Sequence record: SRR20825019_236 | Direction: 5' to 3' (one strand) | DNA length: 46,637 bases | Part shown: positions 1-8,760 of the stretch, one piece after another | Numbering within the stretch: the stretch's first letter is position 1 | Layout of the letters: each line of letters opens with the position of its first letter | Notes under the pieces: model-generated | What the model was told of the DNA's origin: nothing | Databases searched by the model: none | The model's input: the letters and a program-made list of their open reading frames with translations, nothing else | Translations under genes and position numbers: made by a program

Positions 1-61
1 TTAAAAGGTATGACTCGCGCTGACGGTTAAGAGTGATTGCTCGGGATGCAGATAACAAAAG

Positions 62-193
62 CCCGTCATTGCGAGGAGTATGCGACGAAGCAATCCAGAC
101 CTAGAGTTCAATTAAATTCCGAACATTGAGGTTTAGTAATTATCCATAGGCAGGGACTGGATCGCCACGGCCTTTGGGCCTCGCGATGACGGG
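62..193. repeat. CGTC-type REP/palindromic element, copy 1
   Basis: Left arm CCCGTCATTGCGAGG..CGAAGCAATCCAG (62-98) is complementary to right arm CTGGATCGCCACG..CCTCGCGATGACGGG (157-193); 58-nt spacer. Confidence 0.8.
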
Positions 194-254
194 TAAGAGG
201 TATCCCTTACTATGACGGATAAGAGTTATTACTCGGGATGCAGATAACAAAAAG

Positions 255-385
255 CCCGTCATTGCGAGGAGTATACGACGAAGCAATCCAGCCCCGGAGT
301 TCAATTAAATGCCAAGCATTGAGGTTGGGTAGATATCCATAAGCAGGGACTGGATCGCCACGGCCTAGCGGCCTCGCGATGACGG
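255..385. repeat. CGTC-type REP/palindromic element, copy 2 (193-bp period)
   Basis: Same arms (255-291, 350-385) and a homologous 58-nt spacer. Confidence 0.8.
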
Positions 386-465
386 ATAAGAGTTATTGCT
401 CTCGATGACTAAGAAGTAATACTCGCGATGACGAGTAAGAATATCACTCGTTATGATGAAATCAT

Positions 466-1314
466 CTAAGGCTGCATCACCTGCAAACCATGCTCATCCA
501 CCCGTCCGTTGATCAGGCGGGTGGAGATCGATTCGAAATAGATATTTTTAGCCGTAATATGCTCACCTTCAGGCAACGGCAGCTCATCCTCTGGCATGGC
601 TTCCAGCGTCACTTCATGACTGGTCTGATGGCTGTTTTTGAAACTGTCAGCGAGCACCCAGAAAGGCTTACCGAAATGCTGGGCGGCCAGTGCCTGTAGC
701 AGGGTGCCGGTTTTATTCACAAAATGATGATCAGTCAGCCAGCTGTCACAGCCGCTGATGTTGATATCAACTTCCGGCATAACCAGCCCCATTTCGGCAT
801 CGGTGATAAGCGTAACCGGTATGCCCAGCCGGTTGAGCTGTGAAGCGACTATCAGGCCTTCATTGCCCGGCGCACTGACCGTGACAATCACTTTAAACTC
901 CTGATGCTGCTCCAGAGCCTGTTCAAATAAAGCCATGACCTGGGAACTGCGGCTGTGGGTTAAAACGGTCGTACCTGGCTTGAGTAAATTGGCAGCATGC
1001 GCCGCTACCTGTTCAGAGGCATCTGCCAGTTGCTGATAGACCTTGACCAGTTGCGTCAGGTATTGCTGTTTGAAATCAATCTCTGCCACTTCCAGTCGAT
1101 GTTGCCAACGCTGTAAGGCATTACCCAGGGCGATCATGCTGGGCCGTGCTACTGTTAATGTCTGGCACAAATCCTCGATTTTCTCAGCAGACTGAACCGG
1201 CATGTCCTCAAGATAATCTTTCAGCGCCGATAAGGTGAGCAGTGCCAGCGAAGTCGCGCCCGACTCACGATTATTTTTCAGATCGTTCAGCAGGTCATCA
1301 AAGCGATCAGCCAT
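466..1314 (-). CDS. eIF-2B alpha/beta/delta-like (IF-2B/MtnA/ribose-1,5-bisphosphate isomerase superfamily) protein
   Basis: Motifs ESGA, RPSM..L.N, VLTHSRS, P.NEG, GCDS, NKTGT, ADSFK. Confidence 0.8.
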   Translation of the reverse strand: MADRFDDLLNDLKNNRESGATSLALLTLSALKDYLEDMPVQSAEKIEDLCQTLTVARPSMIALGNALQRWQHRLEVAEIDFKQQYLTQLVKVYQQLADASEQVAAHAANLLKPGTTVLTHSRSSQVMALFEQALEQHQEFKVIVTVSAPGNEGLIVASQLNRLGIPVTLITDAEMGLVMPEVDINISGCDSWLTDHHFVNKTGTLLQALAAQHFGKPFWVLADSFKNSHQTSHEVTLEAMPEDELPLPEGEHITAKNIYFESISTRLINGRVDEHGLQVMQP

Positions 1315-1330
1315 AGCACTTTCCGCCCAG

Positions 1331-1756
1331 TCAGAGCAGGGTTAGGCCACACATCAGCAATAAGCCGACATTGGCCAGAAAGCCCAGCATAAAGAAAAAG
1401 GTCCGCGGGCTGGGGTTCTTCTCGGTGGCAATTTTGTAATACAAAATCATATGACCCAACCGGGCAAATGCGTAAACCCATAACAACAGACTGGTCCAGA
1501 ACGGGCTGACACCGACAAACATTGCCAGAAACGCGGTGCTGAGCAAAATCGGCAGGTTTTCCAGCGAATTCATAAAGGTGCGATGGGCTCGGAAAACAAA
1601 GGATTCATGGCTCAGTTCCGGCGGCAGTTTACCGGGTATGGCGCCGGGATAACGGGCTTTACTGGAACTGGCAATAAACCACTGAACCAGCCAGATTACT
1701 AAAATCACAAATATGGCCCATAAAGCCAGGTAATACGCACTGCTGACAGCTGACAT
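1331..1756 (-). CDS. MAPEG family membrane protein
   Basis: RAHRTFMNSLENLP and ARLGH motifs, 4 hydrophobic segments. Confidence 0.85.
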   Translation of the reverse strand: MSAVSSAYYLALWAIFVILVIWLVQWFIASSSKARYPGAIPGKLPPELSHESFVFRAHRTFMNSLENLPILLSTAFLAMFVGVSPFWTSLLLWVYAFARLGHMILYYKIATEKNPSPRTFFFMLGFLANVGLLLMCGLTLL

Positions 1757-1772
1757 AATGCCCCCTTGTTGT

Positions 1773-3314
1773 TTATTCGGCTTTAGACCCGGTGTTCAGC
1801 CAGGATACGCTGTAGAGATCCAAACGCCGATCCTTGAGATTGTTGACTGACCCCTCGCTGCGGGTCTGTTTGAGTTTATCCAGGTCCAGATCGGAAAACA
1901 TGATCATCTCGGTGTTGGGGGTGGTTTCCGCCATCACCGCATCATGCGGATAGGAAAAGTCGGACGGTGAAAATACCGCGGCCTGAGAATACTGCACGTC
2001 CAGGTTTTCGACCTGTGGCAGGTTGCCGCAACTGCCGCAAATCACCACATAACACTCGTTTTCAATCGCCCGGGCCTGGGCACAGTGACGTACCCGCAGA
2101 TACCCATTTTTGGTGTCGGTCCAGTAGGGCACAAACAGAATATCCATATCCTGATCGGCCAGCAGCCGGCTTATTTCGGGGAATTCAACGTCATAGCAGA
2201 TCAGGATGCCGATACGACCGGCATCGGTTTCAAACACCTGCACATGATCCCCGCCCTCAATCACCCAGTCACGGCGTTCATGTGGTGTGATGTGCAGTTT
2301 GCGCTGAATTTCAATGGTCCCGTCGCGGCGGCAGAGATAGGCGACGTTATACAGCACATCATCTTCCAGCAGCGGCATTGAGCCGGTGATGACATTGATG
2401 TTGTAACTCAGGGCCATCTGCGACATTTCATTTTTGAAACGCTCGGTGTAACCAGCCAGAAAACGAATCGCCTCGGTCTGATTACGCTGATCGGGGCTCA
2501 GCCCCATCAAGGCCGCATTGAAAAACTCCGGAAACAGGGCAAAGTCACTTTTGTAGTTGGATAAGGCATCAATGAAATACTCGACCTGACTCAGGCATTC
2601 CTCCACTGATTCCACTTCCCGCATCTGCCACTGAATCGCACCAATACGCACCTGTGTTTTCTTGGAATCGATCACCGTGGTTTCGGGTTCGTAAAAGATA
2701 TTGCGCCATTCCAGCAGCGTGGCATAACCCTCTGATTTTTCATCTTCGGGCAGGTATTGCTTGAGCAGCCGGGTGACCTGAAAGTCATTGGAAAGCTGGA
2801 AAGTCAGAATCGGGTCGTAAATCCGCTTGTTTTTGACCGCTTCGAAATATTCTGCCGGCGACATTTCATCGGAGTGTTCGTGGTAATTGGGAATACGGCC
2901 ACCGGCCAGAATCGCACGGAGGTTGTGCTGGCGGCATAGATCCTTACGGGCTTCGTATAAACGTCGGCCCAGACGATAACCGCGGTAATCCGGATGAATC
3001 AGTACATCCAGCCCGTAGAGCGCATCACCATTCGGGTTATTCAGAATCGTTTCCCGTTTGGAAATCAGATCATCATAGGTGTGCGGGTTACTGAACTGCT
3101 GATAGTTCACCTGAACAGACAGCGCCACACCGATAATCTGGTCGTGGTCAACAACGCAGATTTGTCCCTCGGGCAGGTCATCAATCAGTTTGAAGATCGT
3201 ATGTTCGGGCCAGGCGCCGCCGATATCCTGATAAATCTGATCCATCAGCTCCTTGAGTTGAGGATAGTCCTGCTTTTCCAGGTTACGGATTTTAATATGC
3301 AGATCTTCGGGCAT
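1773..3314 (-). CDS. Bifunctional GNAT acetyltransferase / carbon-nitrogen hydrolase (YhcX-like)
   Basis: N-terminal IHPDYRGYRLGRRLY CoA-binding motif; C-terminal nitrilase triad FPE, RKLH, ICYD. Confidence 0.9.
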   Translation of the reverse strand: MPEDLHIKIRNLEKQDYPQLKELMDQIYQDIGGAWPEHTIFKLIDDLPEGQICVVDHDQIIGVALSVQVNYQQFSNPHTYDDLISKRETILNNPNGDALYGLDVLIHPDYRGYRLGRRLYEARKDLCRQHNLRAILAGGRIPNYHEHSDEMSPAEYFEAVKNKRIYDPILTFQLSNDFQVTRLLKQYLPEDEKSEGYATLLEWRNIFYEPETTVIDSKKTQVRIGAIQWQMREVESVEECLSQVEYFIDALSNYKSDFALFPEFFNAALMGLSPDQRNQTEAIRFLAGYTERFKNEMSQMALSYNINVITGSMPLLEDDVLYNVAYLCRRDGTIEIQRKLHITPHERRDWVIEGGDHVQVFETDAGRIGILICYDVEFPEISRLLADQDMDILFVPYWTDTKNGYLRVRHCAQARAIENECYVVICGSCGNLPQVENLDVQYSQAAVFSPSDFSYPHDAVMAETTPNTEMIMFSDLDLDKLKQTRSEGSVNNLKDRRLDLYSVSWLNTGSKAE

Positions 3315-3468
3315 GAACCTTCCTGACTAGTTGGAATGTCAGTCCCTAGTTCATCACCCAAAAAGGGATATGTCCAGCGATAAGATCGTCTTTTTAAATA
3401 CGGAGATTTTTGCCCGAAGAACATCCATTAAATCGGAGTGCCAGCAGGCCGGTCCATTTATTTCAGGC

Positions 3469-3496
3469 AAAAAAAGGCAAGCTCATCGCTTGCCTT
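3469..3496 (-). terminator. Rho-independent terminator after cold-shock gene
   Basis: Stem AAGGCAAGC/GCTTGCCTT followed by a T-run on the minus strand. Confidence 0.8.
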
Positions 3497-3519
3497 CTTT
3501 CAGATATCAGCGCTGCTTA

Positions 3520-3729
3520 TTACAGAGCGACGATATTTTCAGCCTGTGGACCTTTAGGACCAGTGGTGACTGTGAATTCTACTTTTTGGCCTTCAGCCAG
3601 GGTTTTGAAACCTGAGCTGGTGATTGCACTGTAATGAGCAAATACATCCGGGCCTGAAGCTTGTTCGATGAAACCAAAACCTTTTGTTTCGTTAAACCAC
3701 TTAACGGTACCAGTAACTGTGTTAGACAT
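3520..3729 (-). CDS. cspA: Cold-shock protein, CspA family
   Basis: GTVKWFN, KGFGFI (RNP1), VFAHY (RNP2), GPQAEN. Confidence 0.95.
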   Translation of the reverse strand: MSNTVTGTVKWFNETKGFGFIEQASGPDVFAHYSAITSSGFKTLAEGQKVEFTVTTGPKGPQAENIVAL

Positions 3730-3990
3730 AATGTTTATCCTGTAGATAATTAAAAATTGCCCTTAAGGGCGGGTGTAGCGTGAAACAGACCGAGATTTAG
3801 ATTACTACAGGACGATGAACAACAAAGATGCAACGAAGTGGAGAATGTAAATGAGGTTTTAATTTCTTGCTGAGTACATAATCCCCGCAATCTCAACTAA
3901 TGTCAATACATTTTTAGCTAAAAGCCTATTATGCTGCCTGCCTGGCTTGAAAAAAGGCTGCAGGTCTCGCCGCAACACGATTTCACTGGG

Positions 3991-4935
3991 TCACTCAGTC
4001 TGACTTTCTTCCGTGTTTTCTTCATCTTCAAGAATTTTATAAACCTCATCACCTTCCTGCGTCGGACGAACATCAACCGTTGATTTGTCAATCAGATGCA
4101 CACCGGAAAACACAATCGCATCGCCCAGTTTCGGCTGATAAATGATATGGGTCTCTGTTTCATCCATTTTGTAGCCGACGGTCTGCATTTTATAGCGAAC
4201 ATAGGGGTAAAAGCCCTGAACGGTAATGACCTCGCTGGAATAACGGGGGTAGGGCGTGGCGACATCGGTCATCATCAGTTTGACGGCTTTTTCCAGGTTT
4301 TGAGCAATGTTGTCTTCAAAGGCCTGGCCGTCATTGGCCGCCCAGCCGTTTTCACCTGAAAAAGGTCTGGCGGGGCCCGAGGACGAGATATAACGGGTCC
4401 ACCAGATATCGGTATTGGCTCTCGGATCTTTCAGTGCAGCCTGCAGCAGCACATAGGGTTTTACATCGGTCTCATTCTCATAAGTCAGAATCACCGCTGT
4501 TTTCACGTTTAACACCGGCGTACGCGGCGTCTGGTAGTCCGTATAGTGATAGGCAAACTCGGGCTGGGTGATTAACTCATCGGCAATCGCATCGGCCGCC
4601 TCGGTCAACTTAAACTGCAGCATCGCTTCAGTGTCGGTGATAGCCGATTCTGCACTTTCAGCATCAATGGCGCTTTGTAAAGAAAGCCCTATCGGCCCCA
4701 GCACCGAACCAACCCAGCTATTTGACTGATGGCCAGAGATAATCACCTGGCTCTCAGGCACCCGATGCACGCCCCCGGGCAAATCAAAAAATCCGGAGAG
4801 GCTTTCATCCGTGAACTGAATAGCAATGTCTTCTGATTGTGACGGGGCGGGCAGGATCGTGGTGGAGGTGCAGGCCATCACCTGAGTCAAAATGACAGCG
4901 ATAAGAATATTTCTAATGCTTAGAAAAAGTTTCAT
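3991..4935 (-). CDS. Putative lipoprotein, unknown function
   Basis: Signal peptide ending in lipobox-like VMAC; 314-aa ORF. Confidence 0.65.
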   Translation of the reverse strand: MKLFLSIRNILIAVILTQVMACTSTTILPAPSQSEDIAIQFTDESLSGFFDLPGGVHRVPESQVIISGHQSNSWVGSVLGPIGLSLQSAIDAESAESAITDTEAMLQFKLTEAADAIADELITQPEFAYHYTDYQTPRTPVLNVKTAVILTYENETDVKPYVLLQAALKDPRANTDIWWTRYISSSGPARPFSGENGWAANDGQAFEDNIAQNLEKAVKLMMTDVATPYPRYSSEVITVQGFYPYVRYKMQTVGYKMDETETHIIYQPKLGDAIVFSGVHLIDKSTVDVRPTQEGDEVYKILEDEENTEESQTE

Positions 4936-4978
4936 TCAATATGTCTTTTGAGATTGTTTGATTGCTGATTGAAAATAA

Positions 4979-5338
4979 TCAGGCATGAAGATGAAATACC
5001 TTATTCATGATTTTCCATTCACCGTCAATTTTCAATAAGGTAAAAAAGTCAGTAAATTTATGGCCTGTCCAGTTATCGGACTCCAGTCTCGCTGTGGCGA
5101 TAGTGCCTTCAACATCGATATTGACAATGTTTGCAACAAGCTCAGTGGCGGGGCCGTTTTCATCATTCCAGTCAAACAGCTTTTGAATCGGCCCGGCGAA
5201 TAAATCATCACCGATGTACCCGAATACGGTGGCATCTTGATGGAATGCCGGTTTCATATCATCACCGCGTCCGGACTTGGCGCCATCAATATAATGCTGA
5301 ATGACGGCTTCAATCGGTTGAATAGATTCATTACTCAT
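4979..5338 (-). CDS. NTF2-like (Lumazine_bd_2-type) protein
   Basis: AFHQDA, FTDFFTLLKIDGEWKIMNKVFH; GGAGG RBS. Confidence 0.85.
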   Translation of the reverse strand: MSNESIQPIEAVIQHYIDGAKSGRGDDMKPAFHQDATVFGYIGDDLFAGPIQKLFDWNDENGPATELVANIVNIDVEGTIATARLESDNWTGHKFTDFFTLLKIDGEWKIMNKVFHLHA

Positions 5339-5549
5339 TTCGCTCCTCCCTTTTGATGATAAAAAAATGGAATGGCTTACTGGCAGTTTAACGTCATCGG
5401 TACCGTTAAAGAGCCCAAATTCATCATTCCATTATTTGTTAACCATTGCGTTGACTCAAACCGGCAAACTTTTAGCTCGCTAGCTGCGTCGATAACAGCA
5501 TAGATTCTGCCACGAAAATGACCTGTGACGACAAGATTGAGTTTGCTCT

Positions 5550-6641
5550 ATGAATAACCCAAACAATACGTCTGAAAGCCAGAAAACATCCGAGTCTGAC
5601 AACCAGCAGCCAGACAATCATAGCAGCGTGAATGATGCTTCCAGCAAATCACGGCATGGCTTTAGTCGATTCTGGTTGCTGTTGAGCCTGTTATCAATAC
5701 TTATCGTGCTTTTTACTGTGCGTGAAGAGCTTCGCCGCGATGCGCTTCAGACGGGCAAAAATGCATTTAGTTATGTTGCTTTTGATGTGCTGGGCTGGTC
5801 ACCACGGGATATTTTTATCTGGCGTCTGCGGTTTGCTGGCTTGCGGGATAGTCCACTGGGACAGCGGTGGGCAAATGCCGTTGAGCGTGCAAATGAAAAT
5901 GCAGTGCAAACCGGCCGGCAATACAGCACAGTCACAGACTTTGCGAGTGATGAGGTTGAAGCCCATGTTTATCAGGTGTCACTGGAGCGAGGCGAAAAGC
6001 TGATCTGGCAACTTGATCGTCTGGATGAGCAAGGCCATCGGCTTTACGCCAGCCTGGAACGGCGCGAAAGTGAAGGCGAGGAATGGTCAACTGTTAAGGA
6101 GCTGGAAGCTGGTGAAACGGCCGCAAGTCAGCTGATAGCCCAAACCGGCGATTATCGATTTGTGCTGCAACCGGAATTATTTGGCCGCGCCGAATATTCA
6201 CTGGCGGTTGCGAATGGCGGTTCATTGCCATTTCCCGTGGAATCTGCGTCGCAACGCGATATCGGCAGCAAGTTCGGTGCACCTCGTGATGGTGGTGCCA
6301 GAGCGCATCATGGCGTGGATATCTTTGCAGAAAAGGGAGCCCCGGTCACAGCCGTGATTGAGGGTCATGTCCGAACCGGCACCGGTGGCATTGGAGGTAA
6401 ACACATCTGGCTTTCTGGTGGCCTATTCGGCCTTGGCAGTGCCCGTTACTACTACGCCCATCTGGATTCATTTGCAGTTGAATCCGGTGACCAAGTTAAA
6501 CAAGGCGAAGTTATCGGTTATGTGGGCAACACCGGCAATGCCAAAACTACGCCACCGCATCTTCACTTTGGGATTTACTCGGGTGGGCCGGTTGATCCGG
6601 CGCCGTTTTTGAGACCAGAGCCCCTGTTGCCTGATCGCTAA
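5550..6641 (+). CDS. Membrane-anchored M23 family metallopeptidase
   Basis: HHGVD, YAHL, GYVGNTGN, HLHF motifs; N-terminal TM helix. Confidence 0.9.
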   Translation: MNNPNNTSESQKTSESDNQQPDNHSSVNDASSKSRHGFSRFWLLLSLLSILIVLFTVREELRRDALQTGKNAFSYVAFDVLGWSPRDIFIWRLRFAGLRDSPLGQRWANAVERANENAVQTGRQYSTVTDFASDEVEAHVYQVSLERGEKLIWQLDRLDEQGHRLYASLERRESEGEEWSTVKELEAGETAASQLIAQTGDYRFVLQPELFGRAEYSLAVANGGSLPFPVESASQRDIGSKFGAPRDGGARAHHGVDIFAEKGAPVTAVIEGHVRTGTGGIGGKHIWLSGGLFGLGSARYYYAHLDSFAVESGDQVKQGEVIGYVGNTGNAKTTPPHLHFGIYSGGPVDPAPFLRPEPLLPDR

Positions 6642-6692
6642 GCCACGAGTGACGCATACAGGGCAGCAGGCTCGGTCAATGGTCTCGTCTTA

Positions 6693-7334
6693 TTATATCG
6701 CTTCCGTATAGTAATATTCACCATTATTGCTATCATTGGTTATTATGTAGTAGATGTTGTCTATAGCTACGCATGTACCAAATGAAAGACACGAAGCTAT
6801 TCTAAGTTTTGCAGCTTCAAAATTGTGTTCATATGGATATGATTTATTTGCCTCAAGCCCCTTTAATATTGGATAAATAGCCAGCCAGATATCAACTATG
6901 TATTGATGGTCTTTATGGAATGACATGATCTGCTCAATAATATCTTGTCTAGTCAGGACTGAGTTATTAAGAAAGCGGAAATTTTTATCAATATAATCTT
7001 TAATGGAAACCCCATCTTCATAATCTTTTTCAAGATGGTTTTCTAGCTTGCTTATGTAAAAGTCAATATCTTCACGGGCGCAACTAATAAATGCTTGATC
7101 GTATTGGTGTTTACTCATCGCGCGCTGAATTAGTAATTGAATGACTAGTATAAACAAAGCTACAAGTGCTATGAGCGGAGAATATATTCCTGATAAAAAT
7201 GAGCCAAACTCAGACCAATGGGATTGTTTACTAGATAGTGATATACCAAATTGATATACATAGAGTAATAGCGGTAGCAAAAGGGTGCTGACCGCTAGAG
7301 TGATAATTAGAACTTGCTTAGCTTTTATTCTCAA
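6693..7334 (-). CDS. Cassette ORF: 2-TM membrane protein, putative Abi-like
   Basis: N-terminal WSEFGSFLSGIYSPLIALVALFILVIQ resembles the putAbiC-type N-terminus; AT-rich. Confidence 0.55.
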   Translation of the reverse strand: MRIKAKQVLIITLAVSTLLLPLLLYVYQFGISLSSKQSHWSEFGSFLSGIYSPLIALVALFILVIQLLIQRAMSKHQYDQAFISCAREDIDFYISKLENHLEKDYEDGVSIKDYIDKNFRFLNNSVLTRQDIIEQIMSFHKDHQYIVDIWLAIYPILKGLEANKSYPYEHNFEAAKLRIASCLSFGTCVAIDNIYYIITNDSNNGEYYYTEAI

Positions 7335-7348
7335 ATTATTAAGTACCT

Positions 7349-7447
7349 GTATAGCAATTTGCTAAGTGACAGCCGAAACGCAGCGTAGCCTGTCCCTTGG
7401 AGGGCGCGGCTTTTGCAGCTGGAACGTACCTGAGCAACTTGTTATAA
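7349..7447 (-). mobile_element. Degenerate attC site 1
   Basis: Minus strand: TTATAAC (R'') AAG TTGCTCAGG (L'') ... CTTAGCAA (L') ATT GCTATAC (R' with GTT>GCT). Confidence 0.75.
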
Positions 7448-7924
7448 CGCTTTGAAATAGCCATTATGAGAGAGCTGCAATGTTCTCAATAAGGGGTACT
7501 GCTCAGGTATTGCATTTTTTGCGACAATGCCACAAGCAACTATTTTTTCACGTATTTCAGCTAATAGTTCATCAATTGATACGATTTTGGCTCCTGCAAG
7601 AAAGTCGCGACCTCTAGGGTGGGAAGTAAGCACGGCCACTTGCTCAATTTCTATATCTGACTCAAGCCAGGTAAAAACCTCACTGAGAATATACTTCCTT
7701 GCAGAGGTAAATTTTTTAGTGAATCTTTCTTCTCGCGTTGTCCATGAATGAGCATCAAGTGATGGTTCAAGATGTATCAAATGACCTGTATGAGGATCGA
7801 AGGCTATGACATCTAACTCCATTTCCCAGCCACCATGGCTAAGCTTCCCTACCTTGATATTTCGTTTTACCAAGTAGCCTTTCCAGTCGTAGTATTCAGC
7901 TATCAAATTTTCTAAGTGAGACAT
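7442..7924 (-). CDS. Cassette ORF: PD-(D/E)XK restriction-endonuclease-like protein
   Basis: LENLIAEYY..KGY.V.RN ... ELDVIA ... HLEPS pattern; bounded by GTTACAAC (7943-7936) and GTTATAAC (7448-7441). Confidence 0.6.
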   Translation of the reverse strand: MSHLENLIAEYYDWKGYLVKRNIKVGKLSHGGWEMELDVIAFDPHTGHLIHLEPSLDAHSWTTREERFTKKFTSARKYILSEVFTWLESDIEIEQVAVLTSHPRGRDFLAGAKIVSIDELLAEIREKIVACGIVAKNAIPEQYPLLRTLQLSHNGYFKAL

Positions 7925-7935
7925 GACTTCCCTGA

Positions 7936-7980
7936 GTTGTAACGACGCTCAGCACACAGCTAGAGAATGGAAGCGAAGCT
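7936..7980 (-). mobile_element. Right half of a truncated attC
   Basis: Minus strand GCTTCGCTTCCATTCTCTAGC..TGAGCGTC-GTTACAAC; R' nearly complementary to the R'' ending the same cassette. Confidence 0.55.
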
Positions 7981-8017
7981 GCAAATTAGGAATCAAGCTG
8001 GCTGACCCCTTGATTCC

Positions 8018-8170
8018 TTCCTCAACATTTTCTCTGATCATATAAGCTTTCTTGAAGACTTCATTTCTTTTGTCCAGAGTGTTTGTGAGGTGTGAACGAC
8101 GATACTGATACTATGTAAAGGCTTAAACTGAACACCGAGATGAGCAATGCAACTAGCGAAATGCCTATGT
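8018..8170 (-). pseudogene. Frameshifted, truncated cassette remnant
   Basis: IGISLVALLISVFSL continues in another frame as FT*YQYRRSHLTNTLDKRNEVFKKAYMIRENVEE, directly after attC2. Confidence 0.45.
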
Positions 8171-8185
8171 TCTACCTCAGTTGGT

Positions 8186-8258
8186 TGCTTAGGCCCAAAG
8201 CAGCGGGCTCAAAACTGGACACAGACATTTTGATGTCCGCTGCCTTTCCTGGTTACGA
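8186..8258 (-). mobile_element. Degenerate attC site 2
   Basis: TCGTAAC (R'', holds stop codon) CAGGA AAGGCAGCGG ... CCGCTGCTT TGGGC CTAAGCA; one bulged base in the L''/L' stem; R' mutated. Confidence 0.7.
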
Positions 8259-8753
8259 GGAAAGTTCAATTTCTGTCTGCCAGTTTTCTAACTTCTCAAA
8301 AACCGCGCCTAGTGATGCAAATTTAGGTACTGATAATTCTGTTAAAACACCCGAGAGAGGATAGTCTAAGTCTATAGGAAAGCCTACAGATTCAAACGTT
8401 TTTTCAATTAATTCTCGCCGTTTTAGTGTTTTTTCAAATGACCATTCGTTATAGTGTTTCCAATAGTTAGCGGCATCATTAACAATTTTTACGATTGTGT
8501 TGCCGTTAGAGTGTTTTGGGCCAAGTTTCAACACGGTTTTCTTTTCGATTTCTAATAATCCATAAACAGCTGTAATGTATGCTTGTAATGTTACGAAACC
8601 CAAACCAGTTAGATGCTCAGCACTATCAAAAATCCCTATTGAATCTGGATCTGGAACCTCGTTACATTCATTTACTATCTCGTCGAGTTTCCTGTCTAAC
8701 GTTTCGATTAGTTCTTTAGTAAGCTTGTGTTCATTGAACAATATTGCGTGCAT
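8253..8753 (-). CDS. Cassette ORF: helical protein, possible HEPN-like RNase
   Basis: AANYWKH motif; start moved to the ATG at 8753 because the TTG at 8774 lies inside attC3. Confidence 0.5.
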   Translation of the reverse strand: MHAILFNEHKLTKELIETLDRKLDEIVNECNEVPDPDSIGIFDSAEHLTGLGFVTLQAYITAVYGLLEIEKKTVLKLGPKHSNGNTIVKIVNDAANYWKHYNEWSFEKTLKRRELIEKTFESVGFPIDLDYPLSGVLTELSVPKFASLGAVFEKLENWQTEIELSS

Positions 8754-8760
8754 TTTTACG

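Noticed and set aside
14-460. CRISPR array
   Set aside because: Repeats are degenerate, spacers are mutually homologous or only 12-15 nt, and there are no cas genes; REP-like instead
3730-3906. cspA promoter and thermosensor 5' UTR (TTGACA at 3906-3901 on the minus strand; palindrome GCCCTTAAGGGC)
   Set aside because: Plausible, but the -10 (GATTAT) is weak and the RNA structure cannot be verified by eye
5461-5477. Sigma54-like CGGCAAACTTTTAGC upstream of the M23 gene
   Set aside because: GG-N10-GC spacing fits, but the match is weak and no IHF site or UAS was recognised
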